Shown here one piece after another: positions 27,688-41,924 of a stretch of DNA of 64,000 nucleotides; positions within the stretch are counted from its first letter, which is position 1; each line of letters starts with the position of its first letter. Below the pieces are notes generated by a model that worked only from the letters and a program-made list of their open reading frames with translations, did not search any database and was not told the origin of the DNA. This DNA is from the human T2T-CHM13v2.0 reference genome, Homo sapiens: NCBI RefSeq assembly GCF_009914755.1, contig NC_060935.1; one strand, given 5' to 3'. A program made the translations under genes and the position numbers.

Positions 27688-27825
27688 TTTTTAATTTATG
27701 GAGGAGGGATGGTTTCCCACATGCATCAGAAATAAATGCGAAGTAGTCGGCAAGAATATATGTTTTAGGCTTCAGTAAAGTTGTACAATCACTCAAATCA
27801 TAGCAACAGTATTTCATTTCCAATA
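27688..27825 (-). pseudogene. Fossil exon, open: LEMKYCCYDLSDCTTLLKPKTYILADYFAFISDACGKPSLLHKLK
   Basis: cttctggttctttatag| ... A|GTAATT; 45 codons without stop. Confidence 0.65.
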
Positions 27826-27979
27826 CTATAAAGAACCAGAAGTAGATCATTTTCATAAACACATACTTAATGCATAATTTTGGAGTGTGTCAACAACACT
27901 AGAGCCTTAAGAATTTCTCTCTAGAAAAAAGTAACTGTAGTTGGATTTTAAATACAAATAAAGAACAAAAATTTTACTT

Positions 27980-28295
<316 letters not shown>

Positions 28296-28604
28296 TTAGA
28301 GATGTTTTGTTTCACTATTTAAAAAATTCTATCAAGGGCAAAATCTCCTATTTCAGAGGAAAGCAGTTATAAGCTGTATTTAGACATCAAATTTGAATGA
28401 CATAAATTACTCTGAATCACAGAAAGATGTAGTCTCTAATTTCAAGAATCAAAGTATGAATAAGACCAGCCATGAACTAAATGTCACATTCTACACATGA
28501 TAAAGTTTGAACCCCTGATTTCTAAAACACATCTGGTCTTTCCTTTATCTAAACTCTTGAAAGCAAAAGAACAAGAACTGAGAGTAAAGAGGGCACTTAC
28601 CACC

Positions 28605-28972
28605 TGATATGGTTTGGCTATGTCCCCACCCAAATCTCACCTTGAATTGTAACTCCCACAATTTCCATGTGTTGTGGAAGGAACCCAGCAGGAGGTGACT
28701 GAATTATGGGGGTGGGTCTTTCCTGCACCATTCTCGTGATAGTGACTGAGTCTCACAAGATCTGATGGTTTTTAAAATGGGAGTTTCCTTGCACAAGCTC
28801 CCTCTTTGCCTGCCGCCATCCATGTAAGATATGACTTGCTCCTCCTTGCCTTCCGCCATGATTGTGAGGCCTCCCCAGCCATGTGAAACTGTAAGTCCAT
28901 TAAACTTCTTTCTGGTATAAATTACCCAGTCTCAGGTATGTCTTTATCAGCAGTGTGAAATGGACTAATACA
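28605..28972 (+). mobile_element. THE1 solo LTR (THE1B/C-like)
   Basis: tgatatggtttggct...ggactaataca; 5-bp TSD ccacc/ctacc. Confidence 0.93.
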
Positions 28973-29255
28973 CTACCAGACAAGGACAATGCAACCTTTA
29001 ATAAGTCAGTTAGCAAACACATCTTTGGGGAAAATAAAATTTGTAAGGCTCAAGAAACAGAAGACAGAAGCAAAATGAATAAACAGAAGAGGTAAGAGCA
29101 GGGAAAGCAAAATCATGTAAATCTGACTCTGACACAGCTCTTTAAATTATAAGTGCATTAAAGAAAATAATATGAGAATGTTCCTTATTAAAAGGAAAAC
29201 CTACTGAAGTATGCTGACAACAGAATGAAAAATAAATAGGAAAGAAGTGCATTAC

Positions 29256-29691
<436 letters not shown>

Positions 29692-29798
29692 TAATAACAA
29701 CATACATGTTCAAAAATGACACACATTAAAAATCTTAAGTATTTAAACCTGAAATATCTGCAGAGAATAAATAATAAAATATAAAAATATAAACAAAC

Positions 29799-29873
29799 TT
29801 GTTTCATCTGATATTTTTCTATAGCAATTATGATAGTTCAAATAATGAGAGCAAATATAATTATCAAAGACTT
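29799..29873 (-). pseudogene. Possible fossil exon VFDNYICSHYLNYHNCYRKISDET
   Basis: aatatttag| ... A|GTTTGT, open frame. Confidence 0.4.
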
Positions 29874-29914
29874 CTAAATATTTTAAAAACATTAAGATAT
29901 TACTATATCTATTT

Positions 29915-31560
29915 TTCAGTGAAATATTTATTGAGAGCCTAACACATGCCAGGTATTTCACTATAAAGACTAAAGATGTAGATGGCAAATAAGCAAAACA
30001 TGATCCGTGCCCTTATAAAGGTTACTTTTTAGTGGGAAAGTGAAACATACATTAGGTAGAGATGTGTGGTAAATGTCACTCAGAAAAATTATTCAATTTT
30101 ATATTTTCTGGAAATACTAATAGAAGTTTTGGGAAAATTCACAAATAAAATGTATGAGACTGGTGTTTCTCTTACATGCAGTTTAAAAAAAAAAAAAAAA
30201 CTAATGAGTCAATGTCTTTAAAGGTTAGAGTTCCTTAAGATTTTCTATTTGCTTTTACATTTCTCCAGAAAATTTGTAATTCTTTGTTCAAAATTTTCAT
30301 AATTTTAGAATAAACTTGTTCAAAGCTGCTATTATAATTTTAAAAATCTCAACAGGTACCCTTTACATTCCTAATATTGTTAGTGTGTATTTCTCTTATT
30401 TATTGATCAATGTTAGGAAGATTGCACAATTTCAAACACTGGCTCCACCATTTACTACTTGTGTGGCTTTAGGTAGGTTACTTCTCTGGGCCTCAGTTTC
30501 CTCAATTTTAAAAAAGGAATAAAAACAGTACTTTCTCCCAAAGCATTACTGAAGGAATTAAATTAGATAATGCATGTATTTAGAACATGCCTGAGATATA
30601 ACATAATAAGTGCTCAATAAATGTGATGTATTATTTTTAAGTGTAGATTTATTTGTATATACTTTATTTGGAACTCAGCATCCATCTTCAATCTGAGATC
30701 TCATGTTTTTCTTTAATTTTGGAAAATATATGCTTTATCTTTCTTTCAGATGGCATTTCTTATTCTTTTTATTCTCTGGTTCTAAAACTCCTATTAGGCA
30801 TAAGTTGAAGCTTCTCATTCTGTCTTCCATGTTCTTAACATTTCTCTTCCTTTCCTCTTTCTTTATATCTACATGCTGTTTTCTAGGTGACATCCTCAAA
30901 TCTTCCTTCATATTATGTAAGTCTGCCTTTGCATGATTATAAAATACTATAGTAAGAACTACACAGTGGCACATAGAACTCAAAAGTTTGCTGAATGAAA
31001 ACCGATGACATTTTAATATCAATTATTGTATGCTTTCATTTCTAAGTATTGTCTGACCGCTTTCAAATCTTCCTGTTCCTTTTGTATTGCACAGGTTTTC
31101 CATTATGATCCCATTGTCCTTTTTGTCTATAATCATTTCAAACAAATTTGTTTCACAGTCTCTTTGAAGTTTTTCTATTATCTTCAGTTCTTGTTGTGTT
31201 TATTATCTTACTTATGTTTGCACATTCTTCTACATGATGGTTTGTTTTCTCCTGTGGTTTATAATGCCTGTAACCATCAGCAAAGGTCAGTTTATCCTGT
31301 GGGAGCCTGGTGTGCCTGGAGCTATGGAAACCCATCTACAGGGCAGTTGCATTTGGACATTTGCTTCAGCCAGGCTCCAGGAGCTCTCATTAGTTCCAAC
31401 CAGGGATATGGGAAAGAGGTTCATATGCAACTCAAGTTTGTAGGAATTGTTTATTTATGCATAATTTTTTGCTTATTTTACAGTATTTTTTATTTTGATA
31501 GGAATGACTACATCATTGTTAATGAAATTCCTGGCCTCGGTGAACAAATTAACATTCCTT
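29915..31560. mobile_element. L2 end (29915-30050), MIR (30410-30635) and old antisense L1ME pieces (30640-31560)
   Basis: atatttattgagagcctaacacatgccagg; ctctgggcctcagtttcctca...aataagtgctcaataaatg. Confidence 0.65.
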
Positions 31561-32270
31561 TAGATGTTTTTCTCTGAACAATATATTCAAGTCATACCAG
31601 ATATGTATACTACTATCCCAAGTACTGGCAGTTCTAACCTTTTCTATAAATCACCTTTTTAATAAAGGAATACAATACATTGCTGTGTATTTTTAGAGTA
31701 ATTGTCATAAAAATAATATTAAATACATTCAAGTTGTATGCTAAGAGTTTACATAATCCTTTAAGTAAATTCAAAAAATGGTGTCTTCCATGTATTCCTT
31801 GCAACCACCCTGGGAAGAAAGGGCATGGTTTACTAATCCCATTTGAGACATGAAGATCTGAGATCCAAACCTACTGGCTCATGTGCACACACAGAAATAT
31901 ACTACATTCCCATTTACTGTTCATTTGGAGTACACATATTTGATATTCTCACATTGGTAACTATTCTTCCTTGTTTTCTGCTAAATTCTAGATACTAAAT
32001 CCTGCAACTCTTCCCACCTATTTTACTTCTTCAATTATTAACATATAACACTAATTGGCACTCCTAATCTACGAGACACATAATGCTATAGGCATTATGA
32101 AAACACTATATAACCTCAAACCTAAAATATATCTTTCACACTTTAATGTTTCTACAATCAGGATGTATCTTTCAATTAATGTCAAAGGAAACTTTCTGAT
32201 GATCAGGTAGAAAAGTAAGTTATAATACTACTACAAACACAATTGTACATATAAAATATTTGTTTATCTG

Positions 32271-32595
<325 letters not shown>

Positions 32596-33544
32596 TTACT
32601 TTGGTTGAGGTATTTGCATTTGTATGTCATTGTGACTGAATTTTAATTCATTTAATTCCTGGTTGTCTAGTTTTCTAAAAAGATTATACTGTGATACTGT
32701 TCTGAAACAGAAAGTAAGACGATACATATAAAGTTGACTGTCATATACCAGGTAAGGCATTTAATTAAATACAGTGGAAAACATGAAATCTTTAAGAACT
32801 GGTTGCTGAATTACAATGCCAGGAGAGGATTTATGCATCAGAAAAAACTCAAGATACTCTCTTCTAAATTTTTCAAAAATAATTGATATATTATTTTTCT
32901 AAAACATTGCTTTTGTCATATTATTTCCCTGTTCAAGAATCTATAATGGTTTCCCACTGCTTCCTAATTCAAATATAAACTCCTACACAACTTGCAAGGC
33001 CCTCTATTACCTGGCTTCATTAGTTTATACAATTTTAATTGTCTTTTTTTTTTCCTCCACAATTCTCCATGAGCTCTCTGCTTTAGTCAGATCAGTCTCT
33101 TTAAGTAAGTCTCCATCTTGCTTACAACTCTGCCTTGGTCCTCACTTCCTGTGTCACCCTCTTACTAGCAGGAAAAACCCTGCCTAGCCTTCAGGCCCAT
33201 TCAAGTCTTAATCTACGTCATTTTGAGCTCCTATTTATAGCTAGAGACATTGTTATGTAAGTTACCCATGGCATTTGTCTATTCTTGGTTTCAAAACTAT
33301 TACTTTTTCCAAATTTATGTTGAATATGGAAAACATTATTGATCATTTCTCTTTTTCATTAGAGGAAATTCTATTAAAAAGAAAAGAGATTGTAAAGATA
33401 GAAAACTAAATCTCAGAGTAATTAAGTGAAGTGCCCAGATCAAAGAGATAAATATTTCAAGCTAGTCAAAAAACCAGGTTAGTGATCTTTTACTTTCATA
33501 GTACTGATACATGAAGTAAGGAGCAAAACAAAAGATATGTATCA

Positions 33545-34553
<1,009 letters not shown>

Positions 34554-34664
34554 CTGAAAGACAGGACATTAGACAATTTAAACATCAGCAAATTGAGTTC
34601 AGCTATCCTTAGTCACTGACTGATGACTCTATTCCTATTTGTACATTTTTAAAGTAATACTTAT

Positions 34665-34708
34665 GTCCTTCCTGGAAGTTCTTTTTGCATTCCAGATTAC
34701 GACAGGGA
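34665..34708 (-). pseudogene. Fossil exon PCRNLECKKNFQEG with dead donor (ATAAGT)
   Basis: ttttttctttgttgtactttag acceptor; phases match both neighbours. Confidence 0.6.
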
Positions 34709-35226
34709 CTAAAGTACAACAAAGAAAAAACGCAAAAAGTCAAGTGTCAGGCAGAATAAGATCCATAAGCATACATATATGTAAGTCTGGGTCAAATTCA
34801 CCAGGGTATTAATCTTTATTTTAAAATTACAAGTAATATTTATCAAATTTTGCCCAAAGTAATTTAATTCTGGCTTAGTATCAAATTTTAAAATATGGTC
34901 AGAGGTATACATTTCAAACATATGTAAGCAGAAAATATTTACAAAGAATTTAAATTCTATAATAAATAATATTTGGTTGTACCATATATCCTCTTTCTAA
35001 TGTCATGTGATAATCAGATGTAAAAATTGCTACCATCCATTTTCCATCTCCAATTTTAGAAGATGTAATGTACCTGTTCCCCCCAAAATCAGAGATGACA
35101 TAATTGAATGAGTTAAAATTTCTAAAATTTCCCTAGAGGAATTTCAAAGAAAATAAGCAATTTAGTAAGAACATTAGAAAATCTCAAACATTTTTAAATG
35201 GTATACACCCTCTATCTCTAAATTAC

Positions 35227-35281
35227 CTAAGGTTCATTTAGCAAATAACTATTGTCTTTATTCTGCTGATCACCTGAAGTA
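35227..35281 (-). pseudogene. Fossil exon LQVISRIKTIVIC*MNL
   Basis: tttttcttccag| ... TAG|GTAATT. Confidence 0.65.
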
Positions 35282-35340
35282 CTGGAAGAAAAAAAAAAAA
35301 CAAAACTAAACAAACAAACAAACAAAAAAAAAACACTCAG

Positions 35341-35697
35341 CATCTTCCTCTGTTAAAGTCACATCTGCAGGAAAAAGGCTACTAAAAAAAGAACAATCTG
35401 CTGTTCCAAGTTCATATCCTGCCAGTAGATATTTTGCAATTCTCAGGGTAGAACAATGTTTGAAAAAAACAGTTTTATAGGATCAAATATTTAAGGTGGA
35501 AATTCCATACTCAGAATATTTAAATGGTAGTTACATTACTAATTAATATATTTTACTAAGTCTGCCACTTTGTCCAAGTCTCCAGTTTGTACCATGTTTT
35601 CTAAAACTTTATATGACAAAGCTTGTCTTAGTACTTCCTGTTCCGCTTGTTTTTCCCATGGACTATATTTACCATTTATGATTCTCATGAGTAAATA
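35341..35697 (-). pseudogene. Fossil exon: YLLMRIINGKYSPWEKQAEQEVLRQALSYKVLENMVQTGDLDKVADLVKYIN**CNYHLNILSMEFPP*IFDPIKLFF/KHCSTLRIAKYLLAGYELGTADCSFFSSLFPADVTLTEED
   Basis: ctttattctttatactag acceptor; 52 + 40 open codons; frameshift in T7 run; dead donor CTGAGT. Confidence 0.75.
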
Positions 35698-35817
35698 CTA
35701 GTATAAAGAATAAAGTAGAGACAATTTTTCTGAAAAAATCCAGAAAAGAATTAAAGAGATATACAGATAAAAACAATAAAGGCATAAGCAACAAACACTA
35801 TTCCAGTTGAACTGTAC

Positions 35818-36033
35818 TTAATCTCCCAAAGCAAAAGTTTAAGTTAAATAAATGTTCATTTAACTGTTCTTAGGCCACTGCAAGGTCAAAAATAGATTCA
35901 AAAGTTCTTAACCAAGTGATATGCTGTTATCTTGTATACACTGGTCAAAGTCATTGATAAGAGAACCTGACATGTCTGTTTTCACATTATTTCTTCATTT
36001 ATTAAAGTGATTCTCTGTTTTAAACTCTGATGG
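35818..36033 (-). pseudogene. Fossil exon ...SLINDFDQCIQDNSISLG*ELLNLFLTLQWPKNS...
   Basis: tttattaatttag acceptor; donor and frame uncertain. Confidence 0.5.
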
Positions 36034-36187
36034 CTAAATTAATAAATAATTGCTTAGTAAATTGGAGTCCGACAGTATGTGAACCAAAGAATGTTTAATC
36101 TCCTGGGATAAAATTATTTATAGGGTCATAAAAAAACCACCTACCTAATATCTTGTGGTTACAATTACTTATGTTTTTATGTTTATT

Positions 36188-37560
36188 TCAGTGTTTCTCA
36201 ACTCTGTGCTGTGGAATCAACCTGGGAGGCTTTTTAAATTTTGCAATATCAAGACTCCATCTCAAATTGTATAAATCAGAATATCTTGGCAGTCGGGCCT
36301 TAGAATCAATATTTTAAATTTTCTAATTATGGTAAAAACATAAAATTTATCATCTCATCCATTGGTAAATGTATAGTTCAGTAGTGTTAACTATGTGTAC
36401 ACTGTTGTGCAACAGATCTCTAGAACTTTTTCATCCTGCAAAACTGAAACTCTATACCCACTGAACAACTCCCCATTTTCCCTTCCCCTAGCCCCTGGCA
36501 ATCCCATTCTACTTCCTGATTCTATGAGTTTGACTACTTTAGAGACCTGTTATAAATGAAATTATTAAGTATGTGTCTTCTCATGACTGGCTTGTTTCAC
36601 ACAGCATAATGTTCTCATGGTTTATCCATGTTATAGCATGTAATAGGATTTTCTTCTTTTTTAAGGCTGGATAATATTCTATTGAATGTATATACCACAT
36701 TTTCTTTATTCTACTGACAGACATCTGGGTTGCTTCTACTTCTTGGCTGCAGTAAATAATGCTGCAATGAATATGGGTGTGCAAATATCTTTGCAATTCT
36801 CCTTGAAGTTCTTCTGGAAGTACACCCAAAAGTGGAATTGTTGAATCATTCAGTAAATATAATTTTTTTAATTTTTAGTTTTAATTTTTTAAGGACCCTT
36901 CATACTGTTTCCCACAATGGCTGTACCATGTTACATTCCTGCTAATAGGGCAAAAGGGTCTAATTTAATCCACATCCTCAGTAACACTTGTTGTTTTCTG
37001 TTTGTTTTTTCTTCTGTTTTTTTTGAGACAGAGTCTCGCTCTGTCACCCAGGCTGGAGTGCAGTGGCGTGATCTCAGCTCACTGCAACCTCCGCCTCCGG
37101 GTTCAAGCGATTCTCCTGCTTCAGCCTCCTGAGTAGCTGGGATTACAGGCGTGTGCCACCACGCCCAGCTAATTTTTGTATTTTTAGTAGAGATGGGGTT
37201 TCACCATGTTGATTAGGCTGGTCTCGAACTCCTGACCTTGTGATCCACCTGCCTCGGCCTCCCAAAGTGCTGGGAGCTAGCAGGCGTGAGCTACCGTGCC
37301 CAGCCATGCCCGGCTAATTTTTTATATTTTTGGTAGAGACGAGGTTCCACCACGTTGGCAAGGCTGGTCTCGAACTCCTGTCCTCAAGTTATCTACCTGC
37401 CTCGGCCTCCCAAAGTGCTGGGATTACAGGCTTGAGCCATCACGCCCCGCCTGTTTTTTGTTTGTTTGTTTGTTTAATAGTATCCAACCTAATGGGTGCG
37501 GTGTGACATCTCATTGTGGTTTTAATTTGCATTTCTCTAATGATTAGTGATGTTAAGAAA
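36188..37560 (-). mobile_element. MER5-like fragment then L1MB 3' region (minus) with nested Alus
   Basis: cagtgtttctcaactc...gaatcaacctgggag; gtgcaacagatctctagaacttttt. Confidence 0.8.
37005..37451 (-). mobile_element. AluS plus an extra adjacent left arm (37303-37451)
   Basis: Complete dimer immediately followed by another linker + left monomer. Confidence 0.9.
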
Positions 37561-37660
37561 CATCCACATAATAACATCCAGTCAGAAATACGGGATCAGC
37601 ACTCAGAAGATAATGCATAGATAGGTAATGGTTGAAATACAATTAGATGAGAGACAAAAC

Positions 37661-37841
37661 TTTCAAGTAAGACTGGTTTGCTTCTTCCATCTAAGACAGC
37701 CTGCTTCTGTCTTTGAAATCTCTCCAATCTCTCCTTTTTCTATATTCTTTCAATCCAATTCTGCTCTTAAGAAAGGATTTAATATGACTTGAGGAACATT
37801 TTTTATTTCTCCCAGGGACATTTATGTATGAAGTCTTAACA
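37661..37841 (-). pseudogene. Fossil exon, 181 nt (two stop-poor frames)
   Basis: tctttcctttaacag acceptor; purine-rich body; weak donor. Confidence 0.55.
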
Positions 37842-38093
37842 CTGTTAAAGGAAAGATATATCCCCCTCCCACCACCACATGGTAAGGAGGATGGGATAAA
37901 GCCTTAAGACTTAGCTACAAGGCAGAGGTATGCAGGGCTAGTATTCTCGAAACCAATTTTACATATGACTAGCAGCTGATCCCCTATTTCACCTAAGACT
38001 GACAATTTTTAGAAACAAAAACAACCAACATTGATATAAAAATATGCTTTTGTACAAGCCAAGCATTTACTTGGGAACCTGTAGAATAAATTA

Positions 38094-38795
38094 CAGTTGT
38101 CCTCTTTTACCCACAGTTTCATTTTCTGTGCCTTCAGATCTGAAAATATTAAACAGAAAATTCTAGAAATAAATAATTCATAAGTTTTAAATTTCATACC
38201 ATTCTGCATAGTGTGATGAAATCTGTCACCACTCCATCCAGCCTCGGACAGAAATCACTCCTTTGTCCAGTGAATCCACAATGTGTATGCTATCTGCCCA
38301 CCTGTTACTCACTTAGTACCATCCTGGTTATGATGACTGCTGAAGTATTACAGGGTTTGTGTTCAAGTAACCCTTATTTTACTTAGTAATGTCCCCAAAG
38401 TACAAGAGTAGTGATGCTGGCAATTCAGATATGCCAAAGAGAAGCCATAAAGTGCTTCCTTTAAGTGTAAAAGTGAAAATTCTCAAGTGAATAAGGAAAG
38501 AAAAAAATCATATGCTTAGGCTGCTATGATCTATGGTAGGAATAAATCTTCTACCCATGACATTGTGAAGAAGGAAAAAGAAATTCATGCTAATGTTGCT
38601 GTCACACCTCAAACTGCCAAAGTTACAGCTACAGTGTATATAGTAAGTGTTTAGTTAAGATGAAAAAGGCATTAAATTTGTGGGTGGAAGACAGGAATAA
38701 AAATGTATTCCAACTGATGGCAATCAAGTGGGTACTGTCCACAGTTTCAGGGTGGGAGTCTTCGAACATATACTCCTCAGCTAAGTGGGGACTAA
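38094..38795. mobile_element. Tigger7/MER44-like DNA transposon
   Basis: gtagtgatgctggcaattcagatatgccaaagagaagccataaagtgcttccttt; degenerate TIRs. Confidence 0.85.
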
Positions 38796-39357
38796 TATAT
38801 ATTTATGTATTTTAGAGTGCACAGCTAGAACTCAGAACAGGCCCTAAAAACTTGCTTAATATTTGAATTATGAGACTTTTCCAACATCTCACTTGTTCAA
38901 CACCCTCAATTATGTGGCACACAGCCAAGGTCCTAAAAGTAGGCCAAACAAGCAAACTATAAAAAACTAAAATTAGATATCACAAATCTTTATTAAAAGG
39001 CACTTGATTTTCCTCATAGGAGAATCATTTGACACTCACTCAGTTATTAGATACTATTAGTTTACACATAATTCTAGCAAATTCAACTAGTCATTTTCCA
39101 ATTTATAACAAATGCATTTACACTGGGGGTGAAGATGGAGACACGGGAGTCTCAGCACGCACAGTAGGCTAGGTCAGCCCTTCATACCTGCACACTTACA
39201 CATTACTTGTATGCATCATTTACTAGAGTAGATTACAAGAATTGAAACTCTATAGAATAGCCTTAGTCATCAAAGGTTAAATTATATTAGTATGTGCTCT
39301 CAGAAATATGCATAGCTTGTACAGCATGTAGTTACACACACACATACACACCCATAC

Positions 39358-39518
39358 CTTGTCTCCGTTTTTCTTCTGCTTTCTGCCAAAAGCTATTCAA
39401 ACCTCAACCATTTCATGAGTCACCACACAGGCAGCTCTTACTTTGGCTTTACCTCTCCCTGCTTGGTTTCACCACTCCAATCACCTGGCTCAACTATAGA
39501 AAACCCTTCTGATTTTCC
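39358..39518 (-). pseudogene. Fossil exon, 161 nt (frame ambiguous)
   Basis: ctaac branch + gtttccttcagtag NAGNAG acceptor; donor AAG|GTATGG. Confidence 0.6.
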
Positions 39519-40718
39519 CTACTGAAGGAAACATCAGGGTTAGAGTGTCACAAAACACTACAAAACCGAAATGAATCCATGTATGCTCATCTTTGAAAGA
39601 GAAAGTCAGGGAGGAAGAGTTCGACAAACAGAAACAGGAATAAGAAGGGAAACATAGGGTTCAGCTCACAAATACTTGCAATTTATTTGAGTACAAAATA
39701 TTCATTCCTCTAAGTAGTTTATTTATGACAGACACTTTGAGGTACTGTATACTCTAATCACTTGTTCTACTTTATCTGTCTTTAACATTACTAGGAAAAA
39801 CTGAAGGATTTCCCTGTTATCTGGGTAGTTTTATAAATCCCGACAATAAAAAATCTACCAAGAGAATGTGATATTTAAGTTTTTGTATTCATATTTTTAA
39901 AATTCTTTTTAAAAATACAAAAATTAAAATCACTTATCCCTACTTGAAAAAAGAGAGAGAAATCTACTTCCTAACAGTGCCTAATGGTTATAGATCTCCA
40001 CTAGTTCCTGTTGTATTCAGAGTCGAGTTTAATCTCTCTCCCCTAGTCTTGACTATAAAGTCTTCCTTACAAAAAAAAAAAGAAAAATATTTTCCTTACT
40101 TCCACTAACATAAATAAGCTTTATTGTCTGCATTATTCAGACCTAGGTATAAACATACACATGTAATAATAGCTTTTTAAAATAAAAATGTACATTTGTC
40201 CACATCTTGCTTTTCTCACTTAACAATGTCATTCTTTTCTACACTTCTCAAACATGGTGTATTTACCTAACAACAAGACTACTGAGACGGTTTTCAGTAT
40301 TTTGCTATTCCAAGAAACACCAATGAATATGCTTATAACAAATTAGAATCTCACTATTAAAGTGTGAATATGAACAGCCTAACACTAATAGTTAGTTATA
40401 GAAACATTTTATGGTTTGGCCAACCTGATAGCCAAAATCTTCATTCACTTTTATTTTAGATTGCCTTTAAAAAATTATGACTGAGATTGCAGGCAGCTTC
40501 TCATGGTTTCTGGCAATATGTGTTTCTTCAGTGAACTGACAGTTTGTATTTTTTTGGTTGTTGTTTAGTTTTACTATTAAGTTCTAAGGTGTTTTTGATC
40601 AAGGTAATCAACCTTTGTATCTTTTAACTTGGTTGACAGTATCTACCACAGTACACTAACATTAAGAAAATTTATCCTTCCAATGGCATACTAGAAAACT
40701 GTTAACCTGCCTACTTAC

Positions 40719-40775
40719 TCTATCTGATTAGAGTCTAGACACTGTGAAGTTCCATGTAACTTGTACATTTCCGTC
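40719..40775 (-). pseudogene. Fossil exon TEMYKLHGTSQCLDSNQI (may extend to 40881)
   Basis: ttctgctttctctag| ... AGA|GTAAGT. Confidence 0.55.
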
Positions 40776-41208
40776 CTAGAGAAAGCAGAAACCCAAAGGT
40801 TACCGTTTTATAACTTTTTAGAAAATTAACCAAATTTGTATCTAATCAATATTATTCTGAAGGCATCATTTTTCAATTTTCCTGGAAAGGTGAACTATAT
40901 AAGTCCCTATTATTCAAATGCTCTAATATCAAGTTTTATTATCTTACTGGTTCCTACTTTAATTAAAATGTTGAATGAGTTTTTGACACATGTTCATTCT
41001 GTATTTTCATGAGAGTCATTTTTCTAATGTGTGAAAATTTCCTGACATTTAATTTATTTGTAGATAGAGCTATCACAATGTTATTCCTTTAAAGCACCTG
41101 GGCTTTCTCATTAACTGAGGAAGGTCATCTCCATCTCTGCACTGTGAAAAAATAAAAACAAAAAAATATATATACTCATCTATTTTCCACAGATTAAAAA
41201 AATTTTCT

Positions 41209-41513
<305 letters not shown>

Positions 41514-41924
41514 ATTCTACTTAGAATTTTACCATGAATAGTATGATTATGCAGTTTTACTCTTTCAATATGTAATGAATTATATTGATATATTTCATTA
41601 TAATGAAACATACTGTACATCTCAAATGAAAACTACATAGCATATTACTCTCTCAACAGACTACGAGATTCGATTTTCTAATACTTTGCTTAGGATTTTT
41701 GCAACCATATTTTCCCTTTTTTGCTATCTTCATTAAGTTTTTTTTGTACTGAAGTAATGCCACCTTCATATAATACAGTGAGATGCTTTCTATATTTTTA
41801 ATATTTGGAAATAGTTTTAATAGTAATTTAAGAATTTTCAGTTACTTGTTAATGAACGACACTAGAAAGGGCAGTAAGTCTATAAAACTACATAGCCTCC
41901 TGCCTTTTATATGTGTGTCTGTCT

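Noticed and set aside
25653-27825. Sec23-like resemblance (ADYFAFISDACGKPSL vs IDIYACALDQTGLLEM; ESLG*HKAAAFVG*V vs ASFDQEAAAILMARL)
   Set aside because: Short by-eye matches that depend on ambiguous frames and large gaps. Not claimed without a profile-HMM hit on a reconstructed orthologue.
31026-31577. 183-aa plus-strand ORF
   Set aside because: Non-ATG start, T-rich low-complexity composition, lies in antisense old L1 sequence.
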